From NCBI GenBank assembly GCA_964270895.1, contig OZ185446.1: a DNA stretch of 64,000 nt. The stretch is one strand, 5' to 3'. Below the pieces are notes generated by a model. The model ran no database searches. It worked only from the letters and a program-made list of their open reading frames with translations, and was not told where the DNA came from. This DNA comes from Podarcis filfolensis. Taxonomy: Eukaryota. Shown here piece after piece: positions 8,417 to 22,700 of this stretch. Position 1 is the stretch's first letter. Every line of letters starts with the position of its first letter. The position numbers were made by a program, and so were the translations under genes.

Positions 8417-11400
8417 CAAGAATTCATTGTTCAAGGCCCCCACCCCATCCCAGAAATAAAATCTCTTAGGGCTCTGCGTGCGAGAGACGCGGTAGCTAAA
8501 GTCACTTGAAACTGGTATGAATTGGTAGCGTTGACTGAAGGCAATTCAGTAAACCACTGTCAAATTTGAACCTTCTTCTCTTGGGGGATGCCCTTGGGGT
8601 TTCCCCAGCTGGTGACTCCCACCACTCCTCTGTATTCAGCCAGTCCATGACACAATTTCTTGTCTATTCTATCTGCAAGGCAGCCTGACTAGGTAATATA
8701 TTATAGTCAGCTAATGCAGTAGTTTCACAACCAGAAGCAAGTTCCACTGATTTTAGAGGCATTTACTTCCAGCTGTTATTAGCTGGAAAGGGACGCGGGT
8801 GGTGCTGGAAGGCATGGCTAAGCTGCGGAAGGTGTACTGTTCTCTGAGCCCACGGCTACCTTTGAACATGTAGGAAAGATGGCCCTGATCTATTAGAATG
8901 CGCACATCAAAATTGCAAGGATACGAGAGGCTTTGAGGAGAGATAAGGAAATAGCTGGGGAGTATTTGGAGTTCTTTGGAGATGGGCAGATCTTCCAAGG
9001 AAAGAGGGGTAGCTGGAAGGAGTTTGTGGGTGAGCAGGACTAGGGTTGGCATTTGTCCTCTTTTTCCAGGACACATTCTTTTTTTCATGGGTATGTAAAA
9101 TGAGAGTCATCATAGAGATCCAGAGTTAAAAATAGAAGTTGGCAAATGTGTCCTCTTTTTTGTTCTTCAAAATATGGCAAAACTAGGAGCAGATGGCTGT
9201 ATCAGGTAAAATGGAGGTACTGATGTGTTAGTAAGGGGTAGGTAAGAAATGTTGGAGGTGGAAAGCAGATGAAAACATCAGTTGTAGTGACTGAGATGGC
9301 ACTCTAGGATGGAAGAGATCACTACTGAGTGGTGACCAAGGAGGAGGATGACTCAACACTGATTACCAATGAACATCACAAGGTTGTGGGAGACCCAAGG
9401 AAGCTGCTAGGTTAGCATCTTGTACACATGAGCCATGAGGTCAGGAACCCATGTTGGGCACTACTAAGTCATTAAGTAGACGTGTGCCTGCTTAGTGCAC
9501 ATGATGCCTGTACTACTGATGGTAAGAGTTTTGAGTACCCTCAGGTCAATTTGCAAGAGTGGCAACCTTTTACTTCCCAGCACACATATTGGCCACTGCT
9601 GGAAAATGCTGTAGCAGCAGAGATGCAAGAAAGAAGAGGAGGGCTTGCCCTTAAACTGGGGCACCTTTTACACCTATATAGTTTTTTCATTTCTATGTAC
9701 TTTCAAAAGACCAAACAGACATCCTTTCATTTTAGCAAAGATGAGAACAGTGCAAAATTTAGGAAACATATAAATGCAATAATCGTAAAGTGATTTCATG
9801 CATTTCTTCAACAATTTGCAGCACTGTTTTCCTCCCTCAGACAATTAGCTGTAAACATTTTCTCAACAACAGAAATAACTTTCAAGGGTTTTTTTTAAGC
9901 CCATATGAAATTAAAGAACATAACAGGAATTTCGTATGTACGAAACACATGCAGCACTTGGAAATCTCTGTATTAGTAGGCAATGAAATTGTTCTATGAT
10001 TCAGCGACAAAGTAGAATGGAGTAAGAAGCAAATCCCAAAATACTTTATTTATTTATTTCAGAGACAGAAATAGCACCAGGGAAAACACTGCCACATGTT
10101 CTGATTTTGTACAAACACATAGTAATTTAGAAGGACTAAGCTCAGCAAAATTGTGTATATAGGAACAAGAATCTACTGCATGCTCAGCATCTTTAAGATC
10201 CTCAAATATATACTACTGAGGTGCTTTATATACTTCAGGTTTTGTATGTCGTGCATATGATGATGGCTGATTTATGCGCTGTAATGACTTTGAATCAAGT
10301 CAAGGTTAACGATTCTATGAATTAGAGAAAGGCCACATGCATGAGTGGCAGGTGCACTATCTGTGTTTGGCTCACCATGAATATGATCAGCTGCAATGCT
10401 CAAGCTGCACAATGCTCCTTGTTTTATAAGTGCCATAGCTAGATTTCAAAAATAGGATTTATGGGAAGACACTGAAAAAAGGACACGCATGCAGTTAAGT
10501 TAAGTAGACTTTTGAGGATGTCATTTCAAAAGGAACACTTTTTAGGCTTCCGTATAAAGCAGTGGTGAGGAACCACAAGCCTGAGGGTCAAATCAAGCAG
10601 CCACCACCCCCAGCCGACCTATAGGACTCTTCCCAGGCATCACCCCCTCACCAGTATTTTGCACCCTCCTCAAGGGGCTTTGTCTGGCTGGAACGTACCC
10701 TCGAATAATGCCATTTGCTTGCCTCTATGGAGGGTGAAGGTGGGCAGGCAGGGTAGAAGTCTGTGATTTTTGTGCAAATGGAGTGTGACCTGTTAGCACT
10801 GCTCTACCCTCTTTTGATCTTTTGGTGTAAGGGCTACCCACAAAGCCAATTTAAAATTGGTTAATTGGGCTGCCCTTAGAAAAAGTTGATTAGGGATTTT
10901 TATATGATGTTTCACACACTCTCCCATACACATGCATGCACTGATGTGGTTTTAATAATTTATGTATGTAGGGCATGTCATCCCAGAACGCCCCCCCCCC
11001 AATTTAGTGGGAGTAGTATTTTAAATAAGAAGGTAAGAGGTTGTGCATATCTGCACCAGTTATATCACTTCCCTAATGTAGGAGTGCTCTGTGTTCGTGG
11101 GGGAAGCACTCACAAATAGCTTAGATATTGGAGGCACATGAATGCTCAGCTTGTACACAATACTAAGCCAAACCATGCCTTAGCATGGATGCTCCCACAG
11201 AAGAGACTGTGGCTTCTTTGCTCCTCCTCTAGTCCTTCTGGCGCTGTGTTACTGTGAGCTAAGCCACTGGGTCATTGTCTGCTGTGGGAATAAATGCCTC
11301 AGCGAGCAGGAAATGCATGTCAAATTCACCACACTTTTGAATTTGTGGCTGGCTTCAAGCTACTATTTAAGTGGCAACCCCCTGCTATAAATTAGGCTTC

Positions 11401-14400
11401 CTTAGCCAGATACATGTCTTACCTAGAAGCCTATTACTGCAAGGTCTTTTCCATGTCCCTTAGATGTTAAAAATGAGTCAAGGACAGAACAAAACCAAAG
11501 TTCAACAGGAGTCATTGGGAAACTGCACGGGAACAGAAAAAACCAGGAGAGGGTTCAGTTTGGCCCCTAGGCCCAAAGTTCCCCACTCTTGCTTAAGCAG
11601 ACCCACACTATCTGAATTGGGCAGACCAGTGTTTGAACAGTGTTTACCTAGGGCACCTGCAACCAGCCCTGGGCTATGGCACATTCCATTGTGACTGGTT
11701 GTGGATTTATAATGGAATGACATGGATGGCTTTTATAATCAGAAAAACACACTGACCTTAACACTACACAGGTGGAGCAGCATAATGACTCCTCAATTGT
11801 AAGTGCATCAATTCCTGGGGAAAAGTTCAATGAGGTTAACTCAGTATGTATTCCAAAGTGACATATTAATACAGAGACATATATTTATGAAAACAGAACA
11901 TTGTGTTTTGCCCCAAAATATACCCTCTCCATTCCAATGTGTATTCATTTATGTTTGGTGTGTTTTATGTTGCCTTTTATCATTTTCCTGTTAACATATT
12001 GCTGTAGACTTCGATGCTAAGCCAATAAAACTTGCACTGTTAAAAACAACAGAAAAGCTTTGAAATAACTTGAAAACATATTGGAAAATGCAGTTAAAAG
12101 CTATTCATTTGGTCTAAGAAAATCTTATAACTAAATCAACATTGTTGTAACAATGACTGAACTGAAAGTACCACCAGAAAAACCTTTTCATTTATATCTA
12201 TATTCTTAAAGATTTGCCGCTTGATGGATGGTGCAGTCCATTAAACACTAAAAATTAGATGTTTCTAAGCTTCGTTGAAGCAAATGGGATTTAGACCTCC
12301 CCCCCCCCCCCCGCCAGGATTGTACAGTAAACTGCTATTCATAAGGTGGCTCAGAGATGGAAACTATCTGCTACAAGGCAATAAAAGGGGAGAGGAATGC
12401 TTATCAGCAATTATCAGAAGAAGGTTGTGGAGGCAAGGCCACTGCAGTCAGGAGTGCGCAACTGCACAGTTGTTGAGCAAGGAAAGCTGCACCGCCCCCC
12501 CCCCCTCAAAATTAAGGCAGACTCTGCTCACCTAAGGTCTCAGAACTTTGGATCTTAGCCACTGTGATGTAGCACACTACAGTAAAATCCATGGAGCTCA
12601 TTTCAGTGCTTTATATTTTGGAGTGGGATGGTACATTCACAAAGAACAACAGTGTTTTGCTTTAAATAACTAAATTCCATTTATGCCTGTGGGTTTTACA
12701 TCCAAATAAGTGTGCTGAGAATTGGAGTAGCAGTGTAACATGCTAACTTAAATTTAACCTCTCAGACTAAAGGAATTCAGTGCAAGTCTTCACCCACTGA
12801 TATTAACTGGTGGGGGTGAGGTGAGGCATTCAAATACAAGGGGTTGATCCCTATGGCATAGTTTGCTCAGGTTTACTCACAGCAGACCCATTGAAATTGA
12901 TGAGCTTAATTTAGTCATGTTCATGAACTGCAAGGGGTCTCCTCTGAGTAAAACATAGTTGATTATCCCCCTGTGTATGCACACTTTAGAAAACTCTTAT
13001 TTATGAAGCACCAATTACAGTATTTGAACAAAATAAATAAGTACAACTTTCAAGAGATTAACATAAATTAGTGATGACCACCTTCACCTTGATATATTGT
13101 AACCCACACCAACTCTCCCATCTAAATAGGTCTGATTTGTTGCAATTATTTATTTTCTTACTCAAGAAACAGAAGCAGAATTACAGGAAACTTCATTCAC
13201 AATGGATGGATATTAACCACTTAGGGTACAGTCCTGTACTCAAGATCTGCTGGCTGAGAATTCAACAGAAGCCCCACTATACTGATGGGAAAGAAGATAA
13301 ATTGCCACCATGCTTTCCCCCTTCTGCTTCCCCACCCCCGCAACTTCCTTCCATTGTCCTGGACCTTCCCAGTCAATATCAGGATGTATTCTGCTTGGGT
13401 ATATGAGCCAGAACATGAGTGGAACCCTTGTGTGTGCAATTATACTGACTATCCATTTGCAATCAACGAAGGGTACTTGGAAAGGGAGGGAATCCTGTGT
13501 GGAACTGAACCAGCAACTTCCTGAGCCACGGCATCACAGCCTGATCCTGTGTCTGTACCCGCTTTGCAGACTGCAAGGCTGAGCTCCCTTGTTTCTTGCT
13601 TGTGCCTTTCTTCCATTGGAGGGAGGGTGGGATGGAGGCAAAAAAAAAAAAAAATCTGTGGGGAGGATTTGAACCAGAAAACTCCTGCGAGTGTCTGTCA
13701 CTGCTTTAGCAGACAGTGCCACAGAAGCACCTTCACGGCCCCTGCAGCAGCTGAATGGTTCTCTCTGTTTCTTGCACATTGGGGGCATGGCAATGTGATG
13801 ACCAGCCTCTTTGCTTTGCCTGCATGAGGTGGCCCCATATAAGTGCTAGCAGAGGCTTATTTAGAGCAGGGCAACCATGTCCCCTACACTGGGCGCTGAG
13901 CCAATGTAGGCATTGCAGGGTGTCACAGCTATGACATAGCGCACATGCAGCACGGAAGGTGAGAGGCAGGGGCAGCGGCGCTGAATTTGGGCTTTGCACA
14001 GGGCACTGCTGAAATATGAAAGGCCAAAACCCACCCCTGGTGTGAGCAGCATGAGAGGTTAGTGCTGGCATGGCCTTAATTGGGAAGGTTGGTAGAGTTC
14101 CAGGGGTGCTGTGGGTGCGACTGCCATTTTCATACTCTTTTGGAATGTTCTGGTTCTGGTTCTGTGCTTGTTTGTTTGTTTGTTTGTTTAGTATACCTCC
14201 CTTCATCCACAGTTCCCAGGGTGGTTCACAACACAAAAGCACAAAGGACCACAAAATACATAATAAAAACAAAAACAAACCAATAACACACTCATCCGCA
14301 ACACATTTAAAAGCGTACTGGATGCTTTCATATTTCTCTCCCAGGCTGAGCATGTATTTAATATGACGGCCTGTCAGCATCTCAGCAGCATGTCCCTGGT

Positions 14401-14758
14401 CCTGGCTTATTGCCAATATAGGATTTCTCTAGCTATTTCGTTTCAGTCTGTGAAAATTCCTCCAAATATCAGAATGAGATCCAATATTCATTTTCCCCTT
14501 TAAGTGTTAAACAATGAATTTGATTATGTATGAATGCTAGTATCATTAAAATGACTCAGTATGGTTCAAAGTGTCTTAGCATGCCCAGTGGACTGAAGCT
14601 GAAGCTATTTAACATATCATAAAATTAAAACAGTGGTATCTAAACAGAAAGGAGTGGAGGGAAAACCTGGCTTGAAATGTTCTGCTACATGCTGCTATAT
14701 ACTGTAAATAATTCCATTTAGGTACATTCAGTAGATTCTGGAGGAAGCCTGCCTCTAT

Positions 14759-14762
<4 letters not shown>

Positions 14763-14793
<31 letters not shown>

Positions 14794-14814
14794 ACACACA
14801 CACACACACACACA
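14763..14814. repeat. Inverted microsatellite (TG)14-TA-(CA)11
   Basis: Directly visible in the sequence. Confidence 0.95.
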
Positions 14815-15168
14815 GTTCCCCTTGCCCAAACTTCTAAATGCTAGGAAAACTTAAAGACCAGTGAAGAGAAGATTAAAGAATACCATTTATCCTAAAATAG
14901 GTGCAACACCCAGACAATGTGCAACACCAACAACATCTGTAGGACCACAAATCAGTCAGCACTGTCTTTGAAAGATAGACTTCTGCAGCATAATTTCACT
15001 ACCAATTCAGCTCATTATGGATTTCTGTGTCTAAGCCTCACTGTGAACCTTAATCTGCATTTAAGCTCTGGGCCTACCTGTGATTGCACGTTGCAGGTCT
15101 ATCTATGTGCTCTTATCATAAACCCTAACTGGCATGCTGAAAAAGGGACTTTCTATGGAATCTTTAAT

Positions 15169-15849
15169 CAAGTCAAGTAACCTTTATTGGCATCACATAA
15201 GAACATTCAGAATACATTCAGAATAGATAGGCCAGTGCAATCTCGACGCCACACCAACGGCACAGTCACCCACCAAAGGGTAGAAGAGGCGAGCAATCCG
15301 CCTCATCTCTGTGGGTTTCCAGCAAGGGCAGGATCCTGTAGCATACTTTGGCAACAGAAAATCAAATAGAGGAACTTAGCTACTGTCTCTCCCCTGTAAT
15401 AAGAAGCGCATAACCTCCGTCTCTGGTTTCCATGTTGGAATACACAGATGGTCTTGAAACTGTTGCTGGAGATCATCATACATTTTACATTTAAGGGCCA
15501 CGTGAGCTAGAGTTTCCACCAGGTGGGAATCGCATGGGCAGATCCTATCTCCTTCTGCCAAACCCACAAACCTACCCCAAAGGAGGTTAGAAGGATTAGA
15601 ATTGAACCTAGCCCGCGAAAAGGCCCTTCCTTCTTGCGGATTGAACAAAACTTGTAAATAATTAAGATTAAATTCCTGCGCCCAAGAGAGTCGAAAATAA
15701 AGGGGGGGACATGTTTTTCCCGCAGCTGAGATTAGTTCCTGGCGATCTGTGTCCCACAGCCTAGTTTTTAACATGGTCTTGGCAACTGGGAAAGCCACAA
15801 AGCCCAGGAGATCCTCTGAAAGCCCAAGTTGCCGTATTTTTGTTATCCC
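15169..15849 (-). mobile_element. 5'-truncated non-LTR retrotransposon 3' end with CCHC knuckle (RTE-X-like; family uncertain)
   Basis: Open frame ...RARFNSNPS..LWGRF...RICPC...VETLAHVALKC. AATAAA at 15183-15188 (minus) and a (CTTGA)n tail. Candidate TSD ATCTTTAAT at 15160-15168 and 15850-15858. Confidence 0.75.
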
Positions 15850-17734
15850 ATCTTTAATAAAATCTTTAATAAAACTAGGACAGAAATAAAACTATGGGAT
15901 GTGTGAATGACTTATGATGACAAGGCAGAAGAGAGTGTAAGAAAATAATGGTGAGGACTGAGGAGAGATGCAAAGTCTGAGAGGATGGAGAGATGAGGGA
16001 GAATGAAGTAGAGGAGAAGCAGAATAAGGGATAGGGATGTAACAAGTACAGGGAGGAAAGTGGTTCAGGAGAGGGGGAGTGAAAACTGTTGCAGGAATTG
16101 CTGGGTACAGCAAGACACAGGACCGCAAGGGTTAGCCATGACACCAAAAGAGCAAAAACTGTTGGGGGCCTTCTCTATGTCACGAGACCCTCCTCCTCCT
16201 CTTACGCATAGAATATTACCAGGTATATAATGATTACAAGTTACAGGTTCTAGACTTCCAGGTAAAGATGGCACACAGACATTGTACATTTTACTCTCTC
16301 CACTAATTTTTTTTTTTAACCAAATGTATTTCTCAATATTCAGTCACACAGGAGTGTGTGACCAAGACACAGAACCACAAAAGAAGCTAAAGAGGCTAAA
16401 GAGGCGGGGCTACTCAAATGAATGCACCCTTGATTTTCAATGGCTGGGGTCATCAAGAGCTGGTACACCCTTAATGCTAAAAATGTGTACCAGTTTACAT
16501 TTTTCCATGTAATTAACTGGTTCTCACTGAAGTCAAACCTGCTCTGTACCTATGTCACTGGATGGATCAGACCTATGTAACTATCTTAATCATCTTACAA
16601 CACAAAATTTCTTGCAATAAACAAGTCCTACCTGAAGCCAACATAATGTGGGGCATCACCTAAGAAATGCATCAAATGCATTTTCTCAATGACGAAGTCC
16701 AGTGCAGGAAGATCTGCTTTTGTCCACGAGGCATTTTCTGGAGTGTATGTGCTCTCTGCTTGTAACACACTATAGCCTAGGCCAGGGGAAAGCAGACAAC
16801 AGAGCTCTGGGCTCAGAACCTTTTAGTTCCAAGTGCATGTTTTCTGTACCTATCTCTGGTTGGTGGGTCACAGGGTTCTAGGAAAAACAAAAAAGACCCT
16901 GCAAACCTCACATCGGCCCAGCACTGTCCTAGGTTAGGTCCTTCTGTGCATTGATCCAAACGTACAGGAGAGGGAACTGGACCAGGAGGACTTTGTTTCC
17001 TTCTAATTTTGTGTTCTAATCAATTGATTAAGATCCTTGAAAATCTGGGAGAAACCCTTGAGGATTTTTGTGCTCCTGTGAGTACTTAACAAAAATATTT
17101 GTAACACATACGGAAACCAAATGTTTAACTAAGATAGGCTATTAATAAATACAATGGAATGTAGTCATAATTATATGCTAATATAAGCAGCTCACTGCAA
17201 GTCGTAAGCAAGAGAACAGATGAATTTTCTGAATTAAATTCACAGTGTTAAATGCACCTATGTGACAGAAAAACCAACTAGCGATTGTAAAGATGGGCAA
17301 TTTGGAAAGTTCTAGTCTTTGGGCAATTGATTCAGGATGTCAACTGATGCTGAGAGTAATAAAAAACAATCACAATATTTGAAGCTGAGAAAGAATCTGA
17401 CTTGACAAAGCTTTTCTCCTTTAAACAAGCCTACCATTAAGGCCCAAAGTCACATATTAGAAATGGCTTTGTACTAGGATCTAGGGGGCATCTATATCCC
17501 ACACCATCGTTGTATAGGAGGACTGCAGCTTAAATGCTTCCCTGCTGCATCACTCAAGGACTTGTGTAGGCCAATTAAAGCTGTGCCATTCACAAACAAT
17601 GTTCCCACTCTCCCTAAAGAAATGCTTTGCCATTTTGTGAAACATTATTTTTTAAAAATAGTTATTTTAACATCTCTCATATTTTTTCATTTCAAAGTAT
17701 AGATTCACTCCCCCCCCTCCCGATTGATCTAAAG

Positions 17735-17873
17735 CAGTGATGGCCAAACCTGGCCCTCCAGCTGTTTTGGGACTACAATTCCCATCATCCCTGAACATTG
17801 GTCCTCCTGTTAGCTAGGGATGGTGGGAGTTGTAGTCCCAAAACAGCTGGAGGGCTAAGTTTGGCCATCAATG
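17735..17873. mobile_element. hAT-type MITE
   Basis: TIR CAGTGATGGCCAAAC / GTTTGGCCATCAATG. 8-bp TSD ATCTAAAG at 17727-17734 and 17874-17881. Confidence 0.9.
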
Positions 17874-18042
17874 ATCTAAAGGCACATGAGACTGCTCAGA
17901 GCTAAGCAGGTTTCAGTCTGTTCAGCACTTGGGGACCAAGTGACCTGATGGCTGAATAAAGATGCAGTCATATAGGCTGGGTTGAACGAGAACGCTGTGT
18001 TTAAGTTGAAACCAATCAAAACACCTGCAAGGGAAACAACTA

Positions 18043-18341
18043 CAGTGGTACCTTGGGTTAAGAACTTAATTCATTCCGGAGGTCCGTTCTTTTTTTTATT
18101 TTTATTTTTTTTTAAATTCAAAATTATAACAAGACATATTATCCAAAGACATATCATCTGTTCTTAACCTGAGGTACCACTTTAGCTAATGGGGCCTCCC
18201 GCTGCCACTGCGCCGCCGCCACCCGATTTCTGTTCTTATCTTGAAGCAAAGTTGTTAACCCGAGGTACTATTTCTGGGTTAGCGGAGTCTGTAACCTGAA
18301 GCGTCTGTAACCTGAAGCATCTGAAACCTGAGGTACCACTG
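18043..18341. mobile_element. Tc1/mariner-type MITE (CAGTGGTACCT family)
   Basis: TA|CAGTGGTACCT...AGGTACCACTG|TA. Near-identical to the copy at 24638-24863. Confidence 0.9.
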
Positions 18342-18414
18342 TATTGGTGTAGGAACATACAATGAAACTGCAGCCACTAGGGAAACCAAAACCCTACCAG
18401 TTAGAAATGCAGTA

Positions 18415-18666
18415 CAGTGGTACCTTGGGATACAAACGGGATCCGTTCTGTAGACCCGTTCGCATCCTAAACGCAACGTAAGACACGATGGCGCATCTGC
18501 GCGTGTTGCGTTTTGCCGCTTCCACGCATGCGTGACATCATTTTGAGCGTCTGTGCATGCGCGAGTGGCGAAACCCGGAAGTAATGCGCTCTGTTACTTC
18601 CAGGTTGCCATGGAGCGCAACTCAAATGCGCTCAACCCGAAGCACATTCAACCTGAGGTATGACTG
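18415..18666. mobile_element. Tc1/mariner-type MITE with CpG-rich interior
   Basis: TA|CAGTGGTACCTTGG...CCTGAGGTATGACTG|TA. Confidence 0.85.
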
Positions 18667-19162
18667 TATCTCCACCTCCAAGCAGATGAGGCAGATTCAC
18701 CTCAAAGGCAGATCCTTTCCTGTCCCAGGGCCCCATGGCCATGGGTATAGCCACGATTTTTGTTGGGGGGGCAGGCCTTTTGTTGGGGGGGCAGAACCTC
18801 AGTTAGCTATGTATTTTTATTTATATTTATTGATTGGGGGGCAGCTGCCCATCTCTGGCCCCCTTGGCTATACCCATGCCCACAGGCCAGAGAGCAAGCC
18901 TTGGGGCCCAGTCATCACCCTGAAAGTTACCTAAAGGGAGTCACCTGGTTGAAACTTAAGTTCCATTTTCCACAGCCAACCACCACAAAAAGGGGGTAAA
19001 TCTCTACAAAACATGAAAAAAGGCTCAGCCCTCGGTATCAACATTTGAAGTATGAAGCCACCGGTTGAGAAACAGCACCACAGGCAATATGAATATGCAA
19101 GGTAGATAATAAATGGCAAAACAGCTCAGAATGAGTCTCTGATACCATTGGCAGAACTGCAG

Positions 19163-19797
19163 AATCACAGAATTGTAGAATTGTCAAGTTGGAAGGGACC
19201 CCAAGGGTCATCTAGTCCAGGAATGTCCAACACATCAATCGCAATCAACCAGTCAATCGTGGGATTGATTTTGATCAATTGGGAGAGGGGGAGGGGGGGA
19301 GGGAGAGGCCCTGCACACTCCAACTAGCTCCTCAGATCTGTGTAAACTAATATAAAAATATAGCTTTATTTTTCTCACTTGTTTAGTTACTTGTCCATAT
19401 AGTAACTATTTAGATCTGTCATGATGATATCTAAACATAACTACTGTATCTGTGAAATAAAGATCCATTTCTCTCTCTATCTATGACTCTGGAGGGGTGG
19501 GAGAAGGGAACGCTTGCTGAAGAATGACAATGGGAAAGTTTGGTAGATCACTGCCAGTTTTTGATACTGGATAGTAGACCACTGCCTACTTGAAGTTGGG
19601 CATGCCTGATCTAGTCCAACCCAATACAATGCATGAATCTCAGCTAAAACATCCATGACAGATGGCCATCCAACTTCTGCTTTAAAACCTCCAAGGAAGG
19701 AGAGTCCACCTACTCCCGAGGAGACCATCTCACTGTCAAACAGCTCTTACTGTCAGAAACTTCATCCTGATGTTTAGATGGAATCTCCTGTCTTGTA
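19163..19797 (-). mobile_element. CR1 3' fragment split by a hAT MITE
   Basis: Inverted CR1 tail (GAATTGTAGAATTGTCAAGTTGGAAGGG...CATCTAGTC) at 19163-19217 resumes at 19609 (ATCTAGTCCAACCC...CAGCTCTTACTGTCAGAAAC). Confidence 0.8.
19218..19608. mobile_element. hAT-type MITE nested in CR1
   Basis: TIR CAGGAATGTCCAAC / GTTGGGCATGCCTG. 8-bp TSD ATCTAGTC at 19210-19217 and 19609-19616. Confidence 0.88.
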
Positions 19798-22700
19798 AGA
19801 AAGGAATCCTCTGTGTGTACATGTGATAATTCTCTAAGTTTTTCCTATGAGAAGTAGCAATATGTATTTGTGAAATAAACCATATTCCACCCAGTCTTCC
19901 TTCAGTCTGATAAAGCAGCTGAATTTGGAAGCCTTTGACCTGACAGCTGAGACAATAAAAAAGCCTGCCAACTGCCACTGACTTTTATTCAACTCAGGAC
20001 TGAGCCATGTCCTAAAATATAGGACACAGCAATAAGCAAATGAAATTGCTATATGTATTTCATATATAAAATATTAACAGCTCTAAAACACCACAGACAA
20101 TAAAAATGAAAGCTCAAAACAGTGGATGCCACTACAACTGAATTTTTATCTACATTTTGGTGAAATCAATCCTAATTACTAGACATCTATGCTATTCAGT
20201 GCATTATCTGCGGTATAGAAAATAATTGCAGAGTTGGAAAGATAGAGCCTTTCTATTTTTCTAGCCTTTGTACTAGACAACAATGGTCTGTCACTGAATC
20301 AGGCACTATAGTCTCCTTGCTAGCATTATGCTAATTGCTGGATTCCACCCCAGACCTAGCACTGGCCCAACAGCAGCTGGCAGCTCTACTGATCCGGCAA
20401 AGATCTACAGGGCTGGTTAAAATGTGCCAATGCCATATAGGGAATAAAATTGGCATGATAATACTATTTGCTATTTTGTGTGCATTTGCTCCCAATGTTT
20501 CTGGGAGAGGCAAATAAAAATTACACCAGCCTCAGATAATAGTAATTGGTATGAGTGTTCAGCAAATAGCTGACTGGCTGGATCCATTCAGTCGATATGT
20601 CTTTCAGGGATTATTCTGCTTCAATTCCTGCATTTCAGGGGGTTGGACTAGATGACCCTGGGGATCCCTTTCAAACCTACAATTCTATGATTCTAAGGGC
20701 AGGATGCTTGTTTAGCTTGCATGCAGTACTTGTGCCACTACATCTGATCCACTTCTCTGCAGTTTTATCATTGGGAAGGTTACATTTCAAGAAGTCACCA
20801 AGACCTCCCTTGCTATTATATACAGGTCACACACAAAAAGTTCATGAAAATGATTCCCCAACACCCCAAGGTTTCATAGCATACTCACATATCACAATAA
20901 AAAATTCAAAATGTATACCTGGAAGTACATGAACATTTGCAGAAAGCTTTATTAATTCAGCCAGAATGTTTGCAGACATTCTGTGACATCACAGCAGCTC
21001 ATTTTACACCTGTGGAGCATAATCTGGAACTTTGACCACCAGGTTTCTGTGACTTCTAGACTGGTATACCACTGGCCAGGAAGAATTCAAGGAACTCTTA
21101 CTTAACGCTGGGAGGGTGCGCCATTTAGCTAGCTTCTCCTGACAGTTAGGAAGATGTTTTAAACATGGGTATGGAAACTACTGGACTGCATCTCTCATCT
21201 TCTCTGACCAATGGCCATTTTGGCTGGGGCTGGTGGGGGCTTGAGTCCAATAACATCTGGAGGACCAGGTTTTTATTTATAGGCTGCCTTTATGAGTTAA
21301 AACTCATTTAAGGTGACCAGCACACAGTAACAGATACCACCATTTCCAATTACAATAAAATATATTATAATACAACTGCCATAAAACTCATAATATTAAT
21401 AAAACCAGCAATAATAAATATATATCTCCACTCCTTTTGTAAAGTATGCTATTTACTCTTGCAGGTGATAATGTATTTTTTTTTAAAGTTGATGTTGACG
21501 TTTGTTTTGTTTGTTTCAAGCATTTTATAATGATTTGATGTGTTTTGTTGTAATTTTACAAGTACTTTAAGAGCCGACTTTTGACTATGAAGTGGGATGC
21601 AAATTGTAATTACCATCTTCTTTTAGTTAGCAGATAGTTTACTAATACCTTCAAAAGGTGAAATAAAAAGGCAACAGAAAATGTAACTTGGCCTATTCAA
21701 CACTCAATTATAGAGGGAGGAATTCAACATTATGCTAAGGTGAATAATTAGCTGAATCCTGACCAATATATAGCCAAAACACTGAATGGTTCACCCTGGG
21801 TGGATGTAAGCCTATATAAGAGGGTGTTCAGGCACTCTCAGCTTTCTAAAAAAGAGCAGGATGTAATTTTTTAAAAAATATCACCAATGCCACTCCATGG
21901 CAAAGTAATACGATTTAAATCATTTAAAATAACAACAACAACAGGACGCTGAGAACATAGCCACTTCTCTGAAGAGGTACTACATTAACAATACAGAATC
22001 CATTTTCTATTCCCTTAGAAATGTTTCTTCTTTTTCTAGGAGATAATTTTACACAACATCACTTAGTTAATCCAGTTTTGAAAACACTGATTGAACCTAA
22101 TATGGCTTGGAGTACAGAAAATAAATGAAAGTGACTGTCTGGTACCCATCTACTTGTTATTGTCAAAGCATATCTGATGTATCACCAGCCATGCAGCTGT
22201 GCATGAAATGTGGACCAAGATGAAAATTAATAAAAACTGGGATGGGTAGTTATGGAGACTGCAGTATCAAATGGATATTTGATACATAACACTAAACCAC
22301 GTCTTGGAGTTATGTGAAGTCCTTGGACTCTTCACATACAACAATAACCTATCCCCCTTTCCCACTTGGAAGCAAAGCATACTTTGCCATTTCATCTGAA
22401 TCGACAAACTATGGTTTATGTTTGTCCCCTAAATCAATATTTAAAAGTGGAATTTGCTCCTAGTATCAGATTTCTGCAGGGTTTGCTGGTTCCGATGGAG
22501 GGCAAAATAAGGTTTGCTTCCACCTGGGCTTATATGTGAAATCACAAGGCACTTAAAAAAAGAAGCAGCAAAACTCTAATTTCAATAAATTTCACAAAAA
22601 ACACACAGTCAGTGACAAATTCTTTTGGCAAGAGAAAAATTATCACCCATGGTTGTTGATGTACATTAACATGGTGTAAATGAGAAAAGAAGAACACACA

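Noticed and set aside
13733-14416. 227-aa ORF
   Set aside because: It crosses an L2 tail and simple repeats, has no domain similarity I recognise, and lacks a good acceptor.
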